Below, in pieces: positions 19,629 to 29,313 of a DNA stretch of 64,000 nucleotides. The position numbers and the translations under genes were made by a program. The notes below the pieces were generated by a model, which had not been told where the DNA came from, ran no database searches, and saw only the letters and a list, made by a program, of their open reading frames with translations. Source of the stretch: Deltaproteobacteria bacterium TL4 (GTDB lineage: Bacteria > SAR324 > NAC60-12); assembly GCA_051382335.1 (NCBI GenBank), contig JBBCAX010000253.1, forward strand, positions 1 to 64,000. The letters run 5' to 3'. Every line of letters begins with the position of its first letter. Position 1 is the first letter of the stretch.

Positions 19629-19785
19629 ACTTCAATCTACCCTTCTTCACCGGAAGGTCACGCAAAGCTTTGAAGATAAGCTTCCTCAGGAGCTATCTTT
19701 ATACCAAGAATATCATGCTTTAAATGAAAGAAAGACTCTTAGCGCAACATTTATTTTAGGAAACATGTCAATTTGTTAATGCCTT

Positions 19786-21009
19786 ATGGAAAAAATCAAT
19801 CATTCCACCCCTATCATCGGGATCATCCTAACAATTATTACCTTCTCTCCACAAAGATTACTGGCTTTTGATGGTGATTATATGATTCAGGAACCTGATT
19901 TTGTTGAAGATAATTTCATTGATATTAAAGCCTATCAGCCTAATCAATTACGTCAACGGGAGTGGAATCAAACGCTTAATGGACTCCGTATCGTAGAAGG
20001 CACCTTAGATATGAATTTTACTTATCTCGAGCTGGAACTTCGTCTTCAACAAAATATCAATTCAATACTCACCCTTTCTTATCACATGAAACATCATGAA
20101 TTTTATGGAATCAAACCACTTCGACAACAATTGGAATTCCAGTTACACCTCCAGCAATACGTTCATCTCTCGATTGTAGGTTTTCCCGCGTATGATAAAA
20201 GGACAGGTGATTTAGGAGGTGCAATCACGTTGGGAGTTCCTGATGAAACCACCCTAAGATTTGAGCGTATCGCCCAAGATGTTTACTATAATGAAAAGAA
20301 TTTTGAGACAGACCGATACATAACGCCCCCTATTGAAGATCGAATTAGCGTAACGGTAAATTTGAAGCCTGATTTGCGTTTTTGGGCGGATGTTCTTCTG
20401 GAACACCCTATGGAACAATTCTTTCCTGAGACTGACATGAACTTTAACGCTGAAGGCAAAACGGTTGAGTGGCGTTTGGAGCATTTTCTTTCAGATTATG
20501 AGGTTTGGGGGTTAAATCACAAAGAAGAGGTGAGTGAAAAATCCTGGAATGCCTCTAATAGTGAGGAAGCCTCACAAAAAATAAAATTCCTTTCAGCGGA
20601 GTTCTTTTGGATACAGCAAGCGCCGTTTTTTAATAATGTGCCTCTGATCGCAGGAACTCAGTTCGATCACTTTGAAAATAAAGTTAAACCTAAAAATCAT
20701 GAATTGCCGGAATATAACTATTCCTTAACAACCTGGCAAATTTACAGTTTTTTTATACACCATTGGAATCCTGAATTGGACTGGGAGTACGCGTTTTTTT
20801 TCGGTGAAGTCAATGAAACGAAAGATTACGAATCAGACGTAACTGAAGATATCAATAAATATGGCTTAGAACATGCGTTTAGGCTCAGTTGGGAATGGCA
20901 TTCTTCAGATCATCACTCCTCCCTTACCTTTATCAGCAGTTGGAGCTTGGATGAATTAAAAAACACAGCATGGGATGGTGGTGGCACAACCGTACAGATC
21001 AAATATTAG
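19786..21009 (+). CDS. Secreted protein, probable outer-membrane beta-barrel
   Basis: Signal-like N-terminus, alternating beta-strand pattern, C-terminal VQIKY. Confidence 0.6.
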   Translation: MEKINHSTPIIGIILTIITFSPQRLLAFDGDYMIQEPDFVEDNFIDIKAYQPNQLRQREWNQTLNGLRIVEGTLDMNFTYLELELRLQQNINSILTLSYHMKHHEFYGIKPLRQQLEFQLHLQQYVHLSIVGFPAYDKRTGDLGGAITLGVPDETTLRFERIAQDVYYNEKNFETDRYITPPIEDRISVTVNLKPDLRFWADVLLEHPMEQFFPETDMNFNAEGKTVEWRLEHFLSDYEVWGLNHKEEVSEKSWNASNSEEASQKIKFLSAEFFWIQQAPFFNNVPLIAGTQFDHFENKVKPKNHELPEYNYSLTTWQIYSFFIHHWNPELDWEYAFFFGEVNETKDYESDVTEDINKYGLEHAFRLSWEWHSSDHHSSLTFISSWSLDELKNTAWDGGGTTVQIKY

Positions 21010-21261
21010 CGCAAGCATCCCTTCTGAAGTAAGCCTAAAACATTAGAAGCCCAATACACCTAAAAATAGTAAAAATCGTATCAGATCCGTCCAATAAAAA
21101 GAAAAAAGTTTTTTATGGCAACGAGGGTGAGTTGGTATAACTGGTTGAATGGATCTTACTCCTAAAAAATAAAAATTGTCTAGACATTGGAGCCTATTTA
21201 ATCGAAATTGATCCAACCACTCTCTCTGCGAAACTTATTAAAAATATAATGAGAACTCTGT

Positions 21262-22680
21262 ATGCCCTCTTCTCCCGAATCCTATCAAAATAAATGGCTG
21301 GTCATGTCCGCTGTGGCAATGGGACTTTTTTTAGCCACTATTGACGGAAGCATTGTCAATATTGCGCTACCAACTATTGTCAAAGCCTTAAATACTGATT
21401 TTTCAGTGGTACAATGGGTGGTGTTGTCCTATTTATTGACAGTGACGACCTTGATGTTGAGCATTGGACGTCTAGCGGATATAATGGGTAAAAAATCACT
21501 TTATTTATCGGGGTTTATAATTTTCACCATAAGTTCTGTTTTGTGTGGTTTGGCTCATGGCGTCTATTGGCTCATCGTTTTGAGGATTGTGCAAGGTATT
21601 GGTTCCGCCCTGATTATGGCGTTGGGAGCTGCGATCATTACTGAGGCCTTTCCGCCTACTGAGCGAGGAAAAGCCATGGGGGTGGTTGGGACGATCGTCT
21701 CTTTGGGCATCATTACGGGGCCGACCCTGGGCGGGATTATCATTGAATTACTTTCGTGGCGCTGGATATTTCTTGTCAATCTTCCCGTGGGGATCGTTGG
21801 TATTTACATGGTCATTCGTTTCATCCCTTCCCAAAAACCCAGAGGTGGACAAAAATTTGATTACTGGGGGGCGATTACGCTGTTTATTAGTTTGAGCTCT
21901 TTCCTTTTGGCTCTAACTTTTGGACAGCAAAAAGGCTTTTTAGAAAAATCAGTTATCGCTCTTTTTGTAAGTTGGTTCATCTCCCTGATTGTATTTTTAG
22001 TCATTGAAAAAAAGACGACGGAACCCGTCATTAAATTAAGTATTTTTAAAAATAAAATGTTCAGTTACAGCGTGGGCTCAGGCTTTATGACCTTCGTGGC
22101 AGTTTCAGGCAGTTCTATTTTAATGCCTTTTTTTATGGAAAATGTCCTCAACTATACAACCTTGCATATGGGGCTATTGATGGGCATCGTTCCGTTTATG
22201 ATGGGGATTTCATCTCCCCTTGCGGGACATTTTTCCGATCGTTTTGGTTCCAGAAAAATATGCCTGACCGGTTTGATTTTAATACCTATTTCCTATTTTT
22301 TGATCAGTCGCATGAACGAAGCTTCTACCGCACTTGAATACATCCTGATAGCAACGCCCTTAGGAATTGGGATGGGCATTTTTCAGGCACCCAATAATAG
22401 TGTCATTATGGGCTCTGTGCCCCGTGAAAGTCTTGGCATTGCTTCCGGTCTTTTGTCCATAACCCGAACCCTGGGGCAGACGGTGGGCATCGCTATCTTT
22501 GGCGCCATTTGGGCTACTCGAACCAGATTCTATGCAGGAGTTGACTTTGCTGGAAAAACCACGAAAACTCCTCTTCTGGCCCAGGTTTCAGCCTTTCAAG
22601 ATACTTTTTTAATAGCTTCCATAATGCTAACAGTCGCCTTGATAATTTTCTTCATAGGAACCAGAAAATCTGATTATTAA
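21262..22680 (+). CDS. DHA2 (EmrB/QacA) MFS transporter
   Basis: DGSIVNIALP, GRLADIMGKK, RIVQGIG, WRWIFLVNLPVG; about 14 TM segments. Confidence 0.92.
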   Translation: MPSSPESYQNKWLVMSAVAMGLFLATIDGSIVNIALPTIVKALNTDFSVVQWVVLSYLLTVTTLMLSIGRLADIMGKKSLYLSGFIIFTISSVLCGLAHGVYWLIVLRIVQGIGSALIMALGAAIITEAFPPTERGKAMGVVGTIVSLGIITGPTLGGIIIELLSWRWIFLVNLPVGIVGIYMVIRFIPSQKPRGGQKFDYWGAITLFISLSSFLLALTFGQQKGFLEKSVIALFVSWFISLIVFLVIEKKTTEPVIKLSIFKNKMFSYSVGSGFMTFVAVSGSSILMPFFMENVLNYTTLHMGLLMGIVPFMMGISSPLAGHFSDRFGSRKICLTGLILIPISYFLISRMNEASTALEYILIATPLGIGMGIFQAPNNSVIMGSVPRESLGIASGLLSITRTLGQTVGIAIFGAIWATRTRFYAGVDFAGKTTKTPLLAQVSAFQDTFLIASIMLTVALIIFFIGTRKSDY

Positions 22681-22950
22681 AGGGATTCTCCCCAAAAATC
22701 AGGGTAACATCGAGTTTGGTTTTTTTCTGTCCTCCCTTGCCTGATTTTTGGCGTAGCTTCTCCATCCTGTTAAAAACAAGAATTCGTTGTATTTTAGCGG
22801 TTTCAGTGAGAGTCATAAAACGGTCATTAGCTTTGGTTCCTTATGGGGTTTGGTGTTAGCGATGCTCTGATCCAATTGCTCATAACCGGTTTCAATTGCT
22901 TATTTTTTTTATTGGGAAGTCTCCTGAACATATTCCAAGACCTAAGGTTT

Positions 22951-25900
22951 ATGAAAAAAAAGTTCAAATTACTGGCTCTCCTTTTGATAGGAGGGGGCAT
23001 GATTTTTCCTGTGATTCTTACGGTTTTTGTAGATCCTAATATTTTTAAAGAACAGATTGCGTCCGTCATCAGAATGAGCATTCACAGGGATGTCCAATTT
23101 GTTGATGATTTCAAACTGTCCTATTTTCCCCAAATGGGAATCAAAACAGGAAAAATCGTTATTGGGAATCCGGAAGGTTTTGGAACACTTCCTTTTGCAA
23201 CGCTTGAAAGCGCAAAAATTGGCGTTAAGCTGATTCCTCTGCTTCAAAAAAAACTGTCGCTCAAAGGGATTAAAATCATTGGCTTCAAGCTTGCGTTGGT
23301 TCGCCAAGTCGAAGGGAAGTCGAACTGGGACGATTTTGTCGCAAAGGAAGAGGAAAAAGATCTAAAAGCCAAAGAAGAAACCACACCCGTAGATTTCAGT
23401 TTTTTAAAAGATTTGCATATCCAAAAAGTTCTCCTTTCAGAAACCGAAATTTCCTATTCGGATCACCTCAAACAGCAATTTTTTTCTTTATCCGCTATTG
23501 AATTTCAAGTGGATGAAATAAAATCAGGAACTCCTTTTACGATTCATTTCAGTGGGATCGCAAACAGTAAATCCTTAAACCTCCAATCCGAATTATTGCT
23601 TGACGCCAGTTCTGTTTTTGACGTGGAACAACAGACCTTGAAACTTTCTTCGCTGACATTTAAAGCGTTTGGCCTGGAACTTCAGAGTCAGTTTTTGGTA
23701 AGTAATTTATTCAGTACTCCAACCCTCAAGGGGACGATCGCTACCCCTGGTTTCAATTTATCGCATCTGCTTCAAGAATTACAAATACCGCTGCCGCCGT
23801 TTCGGGATCCTGGCGTATTAGCTTGGGTTGAACTGAATACTCACATCAACCTCACGGAAAAGGATGTCCGTTTTTCCGGGCTTCAAATAAAGATTGATGA
23901 GACCACCCTGACGGCAAATGCGGAGTTAAGAGATTGGGCTTCTTTGGAATCCCGCTTCCAAATTAAGGTGGATCAGTTGAATCTTGACCGATATTTACCG
24001 ACAAAAACGCCAACGGCGATTCCCGCCACACCAGACCTCACGGTTGCCGAGCCTTTGCCCTTTCCGCTCAAACCCTATGAAGTAAAACTTCCGCTGGAAT
24101 TGCTCCGGTTCTTGAATTTTGAAGGCGAAGTCCGTTTAGGTCACTTAAATGTTCAAGGCCTTTCTATAAGCAATCTTCAAGTCCACGCCCAGGCAAAAGA
24201 GGGGTTGATTCACATCACACCGCTTCAACTGAAGGTCTTTGACGGCACGATTACCTCAAAAATCATATTGGATCTTCGCGATAAAATAGCTGAAGACAGT
24301 CTATTCTCCCTCACTATATCGGAAATGAACACCCAACTGCTATTGAAGCAATTCCTCAACAAGGGTCAAGGCTATGGGCCCCTCAATCTTGAGGCTCAGG
24401 TTAAATTTCAGATCCTGGATGAAAAATTGCGAATGAGTAAGGTTTCGTTGAAGGTTTTGGATACAGACGTTCAATTAACGATTAATGAAGGAACGCAAAT
24501 GCTGTCGAATCCTAAAATCAAGGGGGAGTTGACGCTGGTCAACAACAGTCTTCGCAAAACGCTTCAGGTTTTTAAACCGGAGGCCCTTCAAACCCAAGAC
24601 GCCTCAGCCTTATCGTTGCTTGAGGCACGAATGGCTTTCGCGCTGGCACTAGACCATCTGGAAATTTCAACACTTCAGGTGAAGCTGGATGAAACCGGAC
24701 TTGAGGCTCGTGGAAGTCTTGACTATAAGCAGTTATGGAGCACAACCGTCGCCTTGAATATTGATGACCTTGATCTTGACAAGTATTTACCGCCTCCTTC
24801 CGAAAACAAAGAACCCCTCACAACACCCCCCCTACCTGAGGGGAGCACCGTGCCCTCAACGCAAACTCCATTAGTTCTGGAATCCTTCTTTGTGCCTCTC
24901 CGTAAGCTTCAGGCGAAAGGGGTTGTGAAACTGGGAAAACTCAAAGTTAATAATTTGAAACTTGAAGAGGTCCTCATACAAATGGAGATGGACAAAGGAC
25001 TTCTTAACGTTAATCCCGCAAGCCTTAACCTTTATGAAGGGCAGGTTAAAACGAGCCTCCAACTTGATGTACGGAAGCCCAGCAATCAAAAAAGTAAAAT
25101 CACGGCAAAGATCTCCGGTGTAAAAACAAGCCCTTTATTTCAGGACTTAAAACTGCCTTCCGCCTTCGGAACCATCAATTTCAATTCGGAAATTGAGGTT
25201 GATTTGATTCAAGAAAAAATGAACACCAACGTACTGACTTTATCAGCCTTGGGAACAACGGTTTCTATAGCTCCATTGATAGGAACTCAACTTTTCAGCA
25301 GCCCTCAGTTTGAAGGCCGTCTTCAGTTGAACTCCCTGGAATTTAAAAAAGCGCTTGCGGTGTTTATCCCGGATTTTCCGATTTTTAAGGATCCCGCCGT
25401 TTTAAAATCCTTGAACGCGACGCTTGATTTTAAGGTAACCTCTGATTCCGCGGAATTATCCCAAGTTCAGATCAAGACAGAGGGGAGCACGCTGAGTTCC
25501 CATATGATACTGAACCATTATTCCAATCCTGAAATCACGTTCAAAACCAAATTAGACCGGATCGATCTGGATCGGTATTTGCTTCAGAAAAAAACGGAAC
25601 AAAAATTCGATGCAGAAACTAAAGTTTCCGATAGTAAAGAGGCGTTGCCCCAAACAGTCCCCTCGTCACAGGGGTTTGACAAACAGGGACTCTTAGCCCT
25701 GCTTCAACCGCTGAACATTGACGCGCAAGTCCTGATCACGGATCTCCGTGTGCAAAAGATTCCGGTTAAGAATATTGAACTTCAGTTTTCCTCCCAAGAT
25801 GGAAAAATCAACCTTTCTCCTTTTCGTTTTGATCTGTACACAGGAACCTTTTCCTCAGAGTTTTATTTGGACGCGAATCCTGGTCAGGAAGGTCAGGGGT

Positions 25901-28900
25901 CTCTGACTTTGAATCTGAAACAAGTTCCCGCCTCTGCTTTATTTCATGATCTTTTAAACAACAATCAGGCTTTTGGCGAAATCAATGTTAACACCGAAAT
26001 TTTATTTTCCCTGCTGAAAGAACGCTTAACGATTGAAAAGCTTCAGGCTTCTGTCTTGAACACGAAATTGAGTCTGGAATCAGTTGTTGGACAAAAACTG
26101 CTGACTGCGCCACTTTTTCAGGGAACCCTTAAAATGGACTCACCCCTGTTACAAAAAGACCTTTCGGTGGTGGTGCCCTCACTGCCTTTGTTTCAAGACC
26201 CTGACGTTCTAAAAATTTTTGCCGCCCAACTCGATTTTGAAATTACGCCGTCTTACTTAAAAGGGTCCAAGCTTCTCGTAAAATTGGATGAGACAACCCT
26301 GAACGCCAAAGCGGAAGTGAACTTGAACCATGTCTATCAAGCGTCGTTTTATGGAGATATCGATACACTCAATCTTGACCGGTACCGGGTACGTCCTGTA
26401 GCAGGAACGCCAGCGCCAGCATCCCGGAAAAAAGAGCTACCTCCCGTCAACACTCCCTTTAAAATTCCTTTTGAACTTTTACGGCAATTGGATTTAGAGA
26501 CGTCTCTTTCCTTAAAACATTTGGTGGTGAAGCGCTTGACCTTATCGAATCTTTTCTTAAAGGCAATCGCAAGAGAGGGTTTTATAAAACTGACACCAGC
26601 CAAGGTCGAACTTTATGAGGGTTCATTGGCGACACAAATCCTGCTTGACGTCAGAGAGAAACCCACCAGGAAAAGTCAGTTCATTCTCAACGCTCAAGAT
26701 ATCAGAGCAGGCGCCTTATTTAAGGATTTACTTCAACAAGATCATTTTGAGGGCACCCTCCAACTCAAAATCCTGGTCGATTTTGATCCTTTTGAGGAAT
26801 CCCTGGAAAGCGAAGAGTTTCAAATTTCGGCATTGGGCGCGACACTAAGATTGTCTGCCTTAAGAGGCAGAACGTTATTGAGTAATCCACAACTCGAAGG
26901 ACATTTAGAACTTCTCCCCTTTAATTTGAAAGATTCATTGAAACCCTTTCCGGCTTTACTTCCAGAACGCCAGGATCCTGAAACCCTTTCAAAGGTTGCC
27001 TCAACGTTTGACTTTCTTGTAACCCCTGATAGTTTAACCGTTCAGGAGTTAAACCTGTCTTTGGATCAAACGCAACTTAAGGGGGAACTGTTTATAGACC
27101 ATTTTGAGGATCCCAAGATACAATTTCAACTTCATGTGGACGCTCTGAATGTGGATCGTTATCTTCCGGTTCCTGCCGTAAAGGTGGAAGAATCAGTGCC
27201 TGCAAGCCCAGAGATGAAACAAAACGACCTTAACACTCCGCCTCCTGTGGCCTTGGTCTCGGCGCCTGTTCCCCAAGAATTTCAAAAGACTCTCGAGGAG
27301 ATCTTTGAATCCCTGAGAGCGCTTCAACTAAAAGGCCTACTTGAGGTTAAAAACTTATCGGCCCAGAAAATCAAGGTTGAAGAGGTGTTACTCCATCTCA
27401 ACGCGGATCAGGGAATCCTCCAGATTTCGCCGTTACAAGTGAACCTGTATCAGGGAAATATGACTTCTGAGGCCACGCTTGATTTACGCGCCTCAGGCTC
27501 ACAACCCAGCACCTTTCAATTGTCGATAAAGGGGGTACAAACGGGGACTTTAATCAAAGATTTAACCGGAAATGATAAAATCACGCTGCCTCTTGATTTT
27601 GAAAGTCAAGCACAACTCAACTTACGTGAAGAAACCTTCAAGGTGGAGCGGTTGACTTTATCCGCGGCCAATCTGCGTCTGGTGTCAAAGGAGATACAAG
27701 GCAAAACCCTCTTTAAAAATCCTCAAATCACCGGTTCTTTCAACGTGGAACCTTTTAATCTGAGAACTCTTTTAACCGCGTTAGGACAAGCCATCCCTGA
27801 AACCAGTGACAAGAAAGTTTTAACCTCAGTCAAGGGCGATCTGAATTTTAAGCTGTCACCCCAGGCCATCGATATTCGTTCGCTACACCTTAAATTGGAT
27901 GACAGTACGTTGGAAGCCTATGGCGGAATTGCTAACGTGAAAGACCCGCTTTCAACCTTCCATCTAGAAATTGATCGCCTGGATTTGGATCGATACCTTC
28001 CTCCTGTGGAGGTAAAAGCCGTCAAGGCTCAGGACGCTGCGCTGGTTGAAGAGAAGGGAACATTTGCCCGTATTGGAGACAGTATCAAAGGAAGTTTTGG
28101 AATTATTGGGAAAGGGTTTCGTTTTTTTAAAGGCTTATTGGAATATCTTTTTCAAAAAAGGGTGGATGTTGAAGAAGTGGTCACGGCTATAGCGACAGAA
28201 CCTGGTGTAGACACCATGCTGTTAGAAGTCGTTCGGACGTTGAAAATGAAAGGAGATTTAAAGATCAATCAGCTAAAAGTCAGTAATCTTAAAGTTTCTG
28301 AAGTATTCACAGGCGTTTCTTTATTCAATGGGGACATCTCCATTTCACCGCTCAGGATGCAACTGTATGGCGGAAACGTCTCAACCTTCGCAAAAATTGA
28401 TCTGCAGAAAAGCAGTACCGCCAGTAATTTGTTCCGCATCGCGGTTTATAACGTTCAAGCCGGTCCCCTGATCGAAGACTTAACAGGGGATACCTTATTG
28501 CAAGGCCTCATTAACACCAATGCGCGTATTGCTTTTGAAGGTCTTGAGAAACTTACCATTAAAAAAACTTTAAATGGCCGTGCGTCTTTTGACATAAAAA
28601 AGTTATTGATCAAAGATTTTGATGTGGCCAAAATATTGAGAGAACACTTTGTTTTGTTTTCTGAAAAGATCCCTGAAAAAAATCGTAAAGCCAGTGATTA
28701 TGCCGACGTTCGCGGAAGCCTCAAAATTAGTGATGGACGAATCAAAAATAATGATCTAAAAGTTAGAATGCCTCTGTTTCGTGTCACAGGGAATGGGTAT
28801 GCCAGTTTACTGTCAGAAACCATTGATTATTTAATCAAAGCGAAAGTGGTAACCACGATGGAAGGTCAAGGAGGGGAAGAGGATCAATCCTTATTTGGCA

Positions 28901-29283
28901 TTACGTTACCTATCCGCGTATCAGGCACGTTCGCCGCACCCTCATTTGAAATAGAACTTTCCGAATATTTACCTGATTTGGGAATCAAAAAGGGGTATAA
29001 CGCCGTCAAAGACACCTTAGGAGCTGGCGTCGAAACGGTTGGGCAAGGCCTGAAAGCGGTAGGCTCGGGAGTCACCACCGGTATGAAAGTTGTGGGCGAA
29101 GGTGTCACGACTGGCGTCAAGGCGGTGGGGAGTACGCTCGGGGCAGGAGCGCAAGCGGTCGGTGAGGGTGTCAAATCGGTGGGTACGATGCTTGGCAATA
29201 TGTTCAGTAATGAAGAAAAAACTACGGAAAAAACAGATTCACCGAAGCCAGAAACTTCTAAAAAAGAGCCCATAAAAAATTAA
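22951..29283 (+). CDS. Giant AsmA-family protein with six repeated modules
   Basis: N-terminal TM then VDPNIFKEQI, GKSNWDD; six D.L(N/D)LDRYL-like motifs; AsmA C-terminus (NNDL, GNGYASL, PIRVSGTFAAP); start 22951 preferred over 22843. Confidence 0.88.
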   Translation: MKKKFKLLALLLIGGGMIFPVILTVFVDPNIFKEQIASVIRMSIHRDVQFVDDFKLSYFPQMGIKTGKIVIGNPEGFGTLPFATLESAKIGVKLIPLLQKKLSLKGIKIIGFKLALVRQVEGKSNWDDFVAKEEEKDLKAKEETTPVDFSFLKDLHIQKVLLSETEISYSDHLKQQFFSLSAIEFQVDEIKSGTPFTIHFSGIANSKSLNLQSELLLDASSVFDVEQQTLKLSSLTFKAFGLELQSQFLVSNLFSTPTLKGTIATPGFNLSHLLQELQIPLPPFRDPGVLAWVELNTHINLTEKDVRFSGLQIKIDETTLTANAELRDWASLESRFQIKVDQLNLDRYLPTKTPTAIPATPDLTVAEPLPFPLKPYEVKLPLELLRFLNFEGEVRLGHLNVQGLSISNLQVHAQAKEGLIHITPLQLKVFDGTITSKIILDLRDKIAEDSLFSLTISEMNTQLLLKQFLNKGQGYGPLNLEAQVKFQILDEKLRMSKVSLKVLDTDVQLTINEGTQMLSNPKIKGELTLVNNSLRKTLQVFKPEALQTQDASALSLLEARMAFALALDHLEISTLQVKLDETGLEARGSLDYKQLWSTTVALNIDDLDLDKYLPPPSENKEPLTTPPLPEGSTVPSTQTPLVLESFFVPLRKLQAKGVVKLGKLKVNNLKLEEVLIQMEMDKGLLNVNPASLNLYEGQVKTSLQLDVRKPSNQKSKITAKISGVKTSPLFQDLKLPSAFGTINFNSEIEVDLIQEKMNTNVLTLSALGTTVSIAPLIGTQLFSSPQFEGRLQLNSLEFKKALAVFIPDFPIFKDPAVLKSLNATLDFKVTSDSAELSQVQIKTEGSTLSSHMILNHYSNPEITFKTKLDRIDLDRYLLQKKTEQKFDAETKVSDSKEALPQTVPSSQGFDKQGLLALLQPLNIDAQVLITDLRVQKIPVKNIELQFSSQDGKINLSPFRFDLYTGTFSSEFYLDANPGQEGQGSLTLNLKQVPASALFHDLLNNNQAFGEINVNTEILFSLLKERLTIEKLQASVLNTKLSLESVVGQKLLTAPLFQGTLKMDSPLLQKDLSVVVPSLPLFQDPDVLKIFAAQLDFEITPSYLKGSKLLVKLDETTLNAKAEVNLNHVYQASFYGDIDTLNLDRYRVRPVAGTPAPASRKKELPPVNTPFKIPFELLRQLDLETSLSLKHLVVKRLTLSNLFLKAIAREGFIKLTPAKVELYEGSLATQILLDVREKPTRKSQFILNAQDIRAGALFKDLLQQDHFEGTLQLKILVDFDPFEESLESEEFQISALGATLRLSALRGRTLLSNPQLEGHLELLPFNLKDSLKPFPALLPERQDPETLSKVASTFDFLVTPDSLTVQELNLSLDQTQLKGELFIDHFEDPKIQFQLHVDALNVDRYLPVPAVKVEESVPASPEMKQNDLNTPPPVALVSAPVPQEFQKTLEEIFESLRALQLKGLLEVKNLSAQKIKVEEVLLHLNADQGILQISPLQVNLYQGNMTSEATLDLRASGSQPSTFQLSIKGVQTGTLIKDLTGNDKITLPLDFESQAQLNLREETFKVERLTLSAANLRLVSKEIQGKTLFKNPQITGSFNVEPFNLRTLLTALGQAIPETSDKKVLTSVKGDLNFKLSPQAIDIRSLHLKLDDSTLEAYGGIANVKDPLSTFHLEIDRLDLDRYLPPVEVKAVKAQDAALVEEKGTFARIGDSIKGSFGIIGKGFRFFKGLLEYLFQKRVDVEEVVTAIATEPGVDTMLLEVVRTLKMKGDLKINQLKVSNLKVSEVFTGVSLFNGDISISPLRMQLYGGNVSTFAKIDLQKSSTASNLFRIAVYNVQAGPLIEDLTGDTLLQGLINTNARIAFEGLEKLTIKKTLNGRASFDIKKLLIKDFDVAKILREHFVLFSEKIPEKNRKASDYADVRGSLKISDGRIKNNDLKVRMPLFRVTGNGYASLLSETIDYLIKAKVVTTMEGQGGEEDQSLFGITLPIRVSGTFAAPSFEIELSEYLPDLGIKKGYNAVKDTLGAGVETVGQGLKAVGSGVTTGMKVVGEGVTTGVKAVGSTLGAGAQAVGEGVKSVGTMLGNMFSNEEKTTEKTDSPKPETSKKEPIKN

Positions 29284-29313
29284 TTTTCATCATCCAATGT
29301 TTTGAAGAGGGTC

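Noticed and set aside
19555..19779. 74-aa ORF
   Set aside because: Out-of-frame shadow of the SEC-C fragment at 19476-19628
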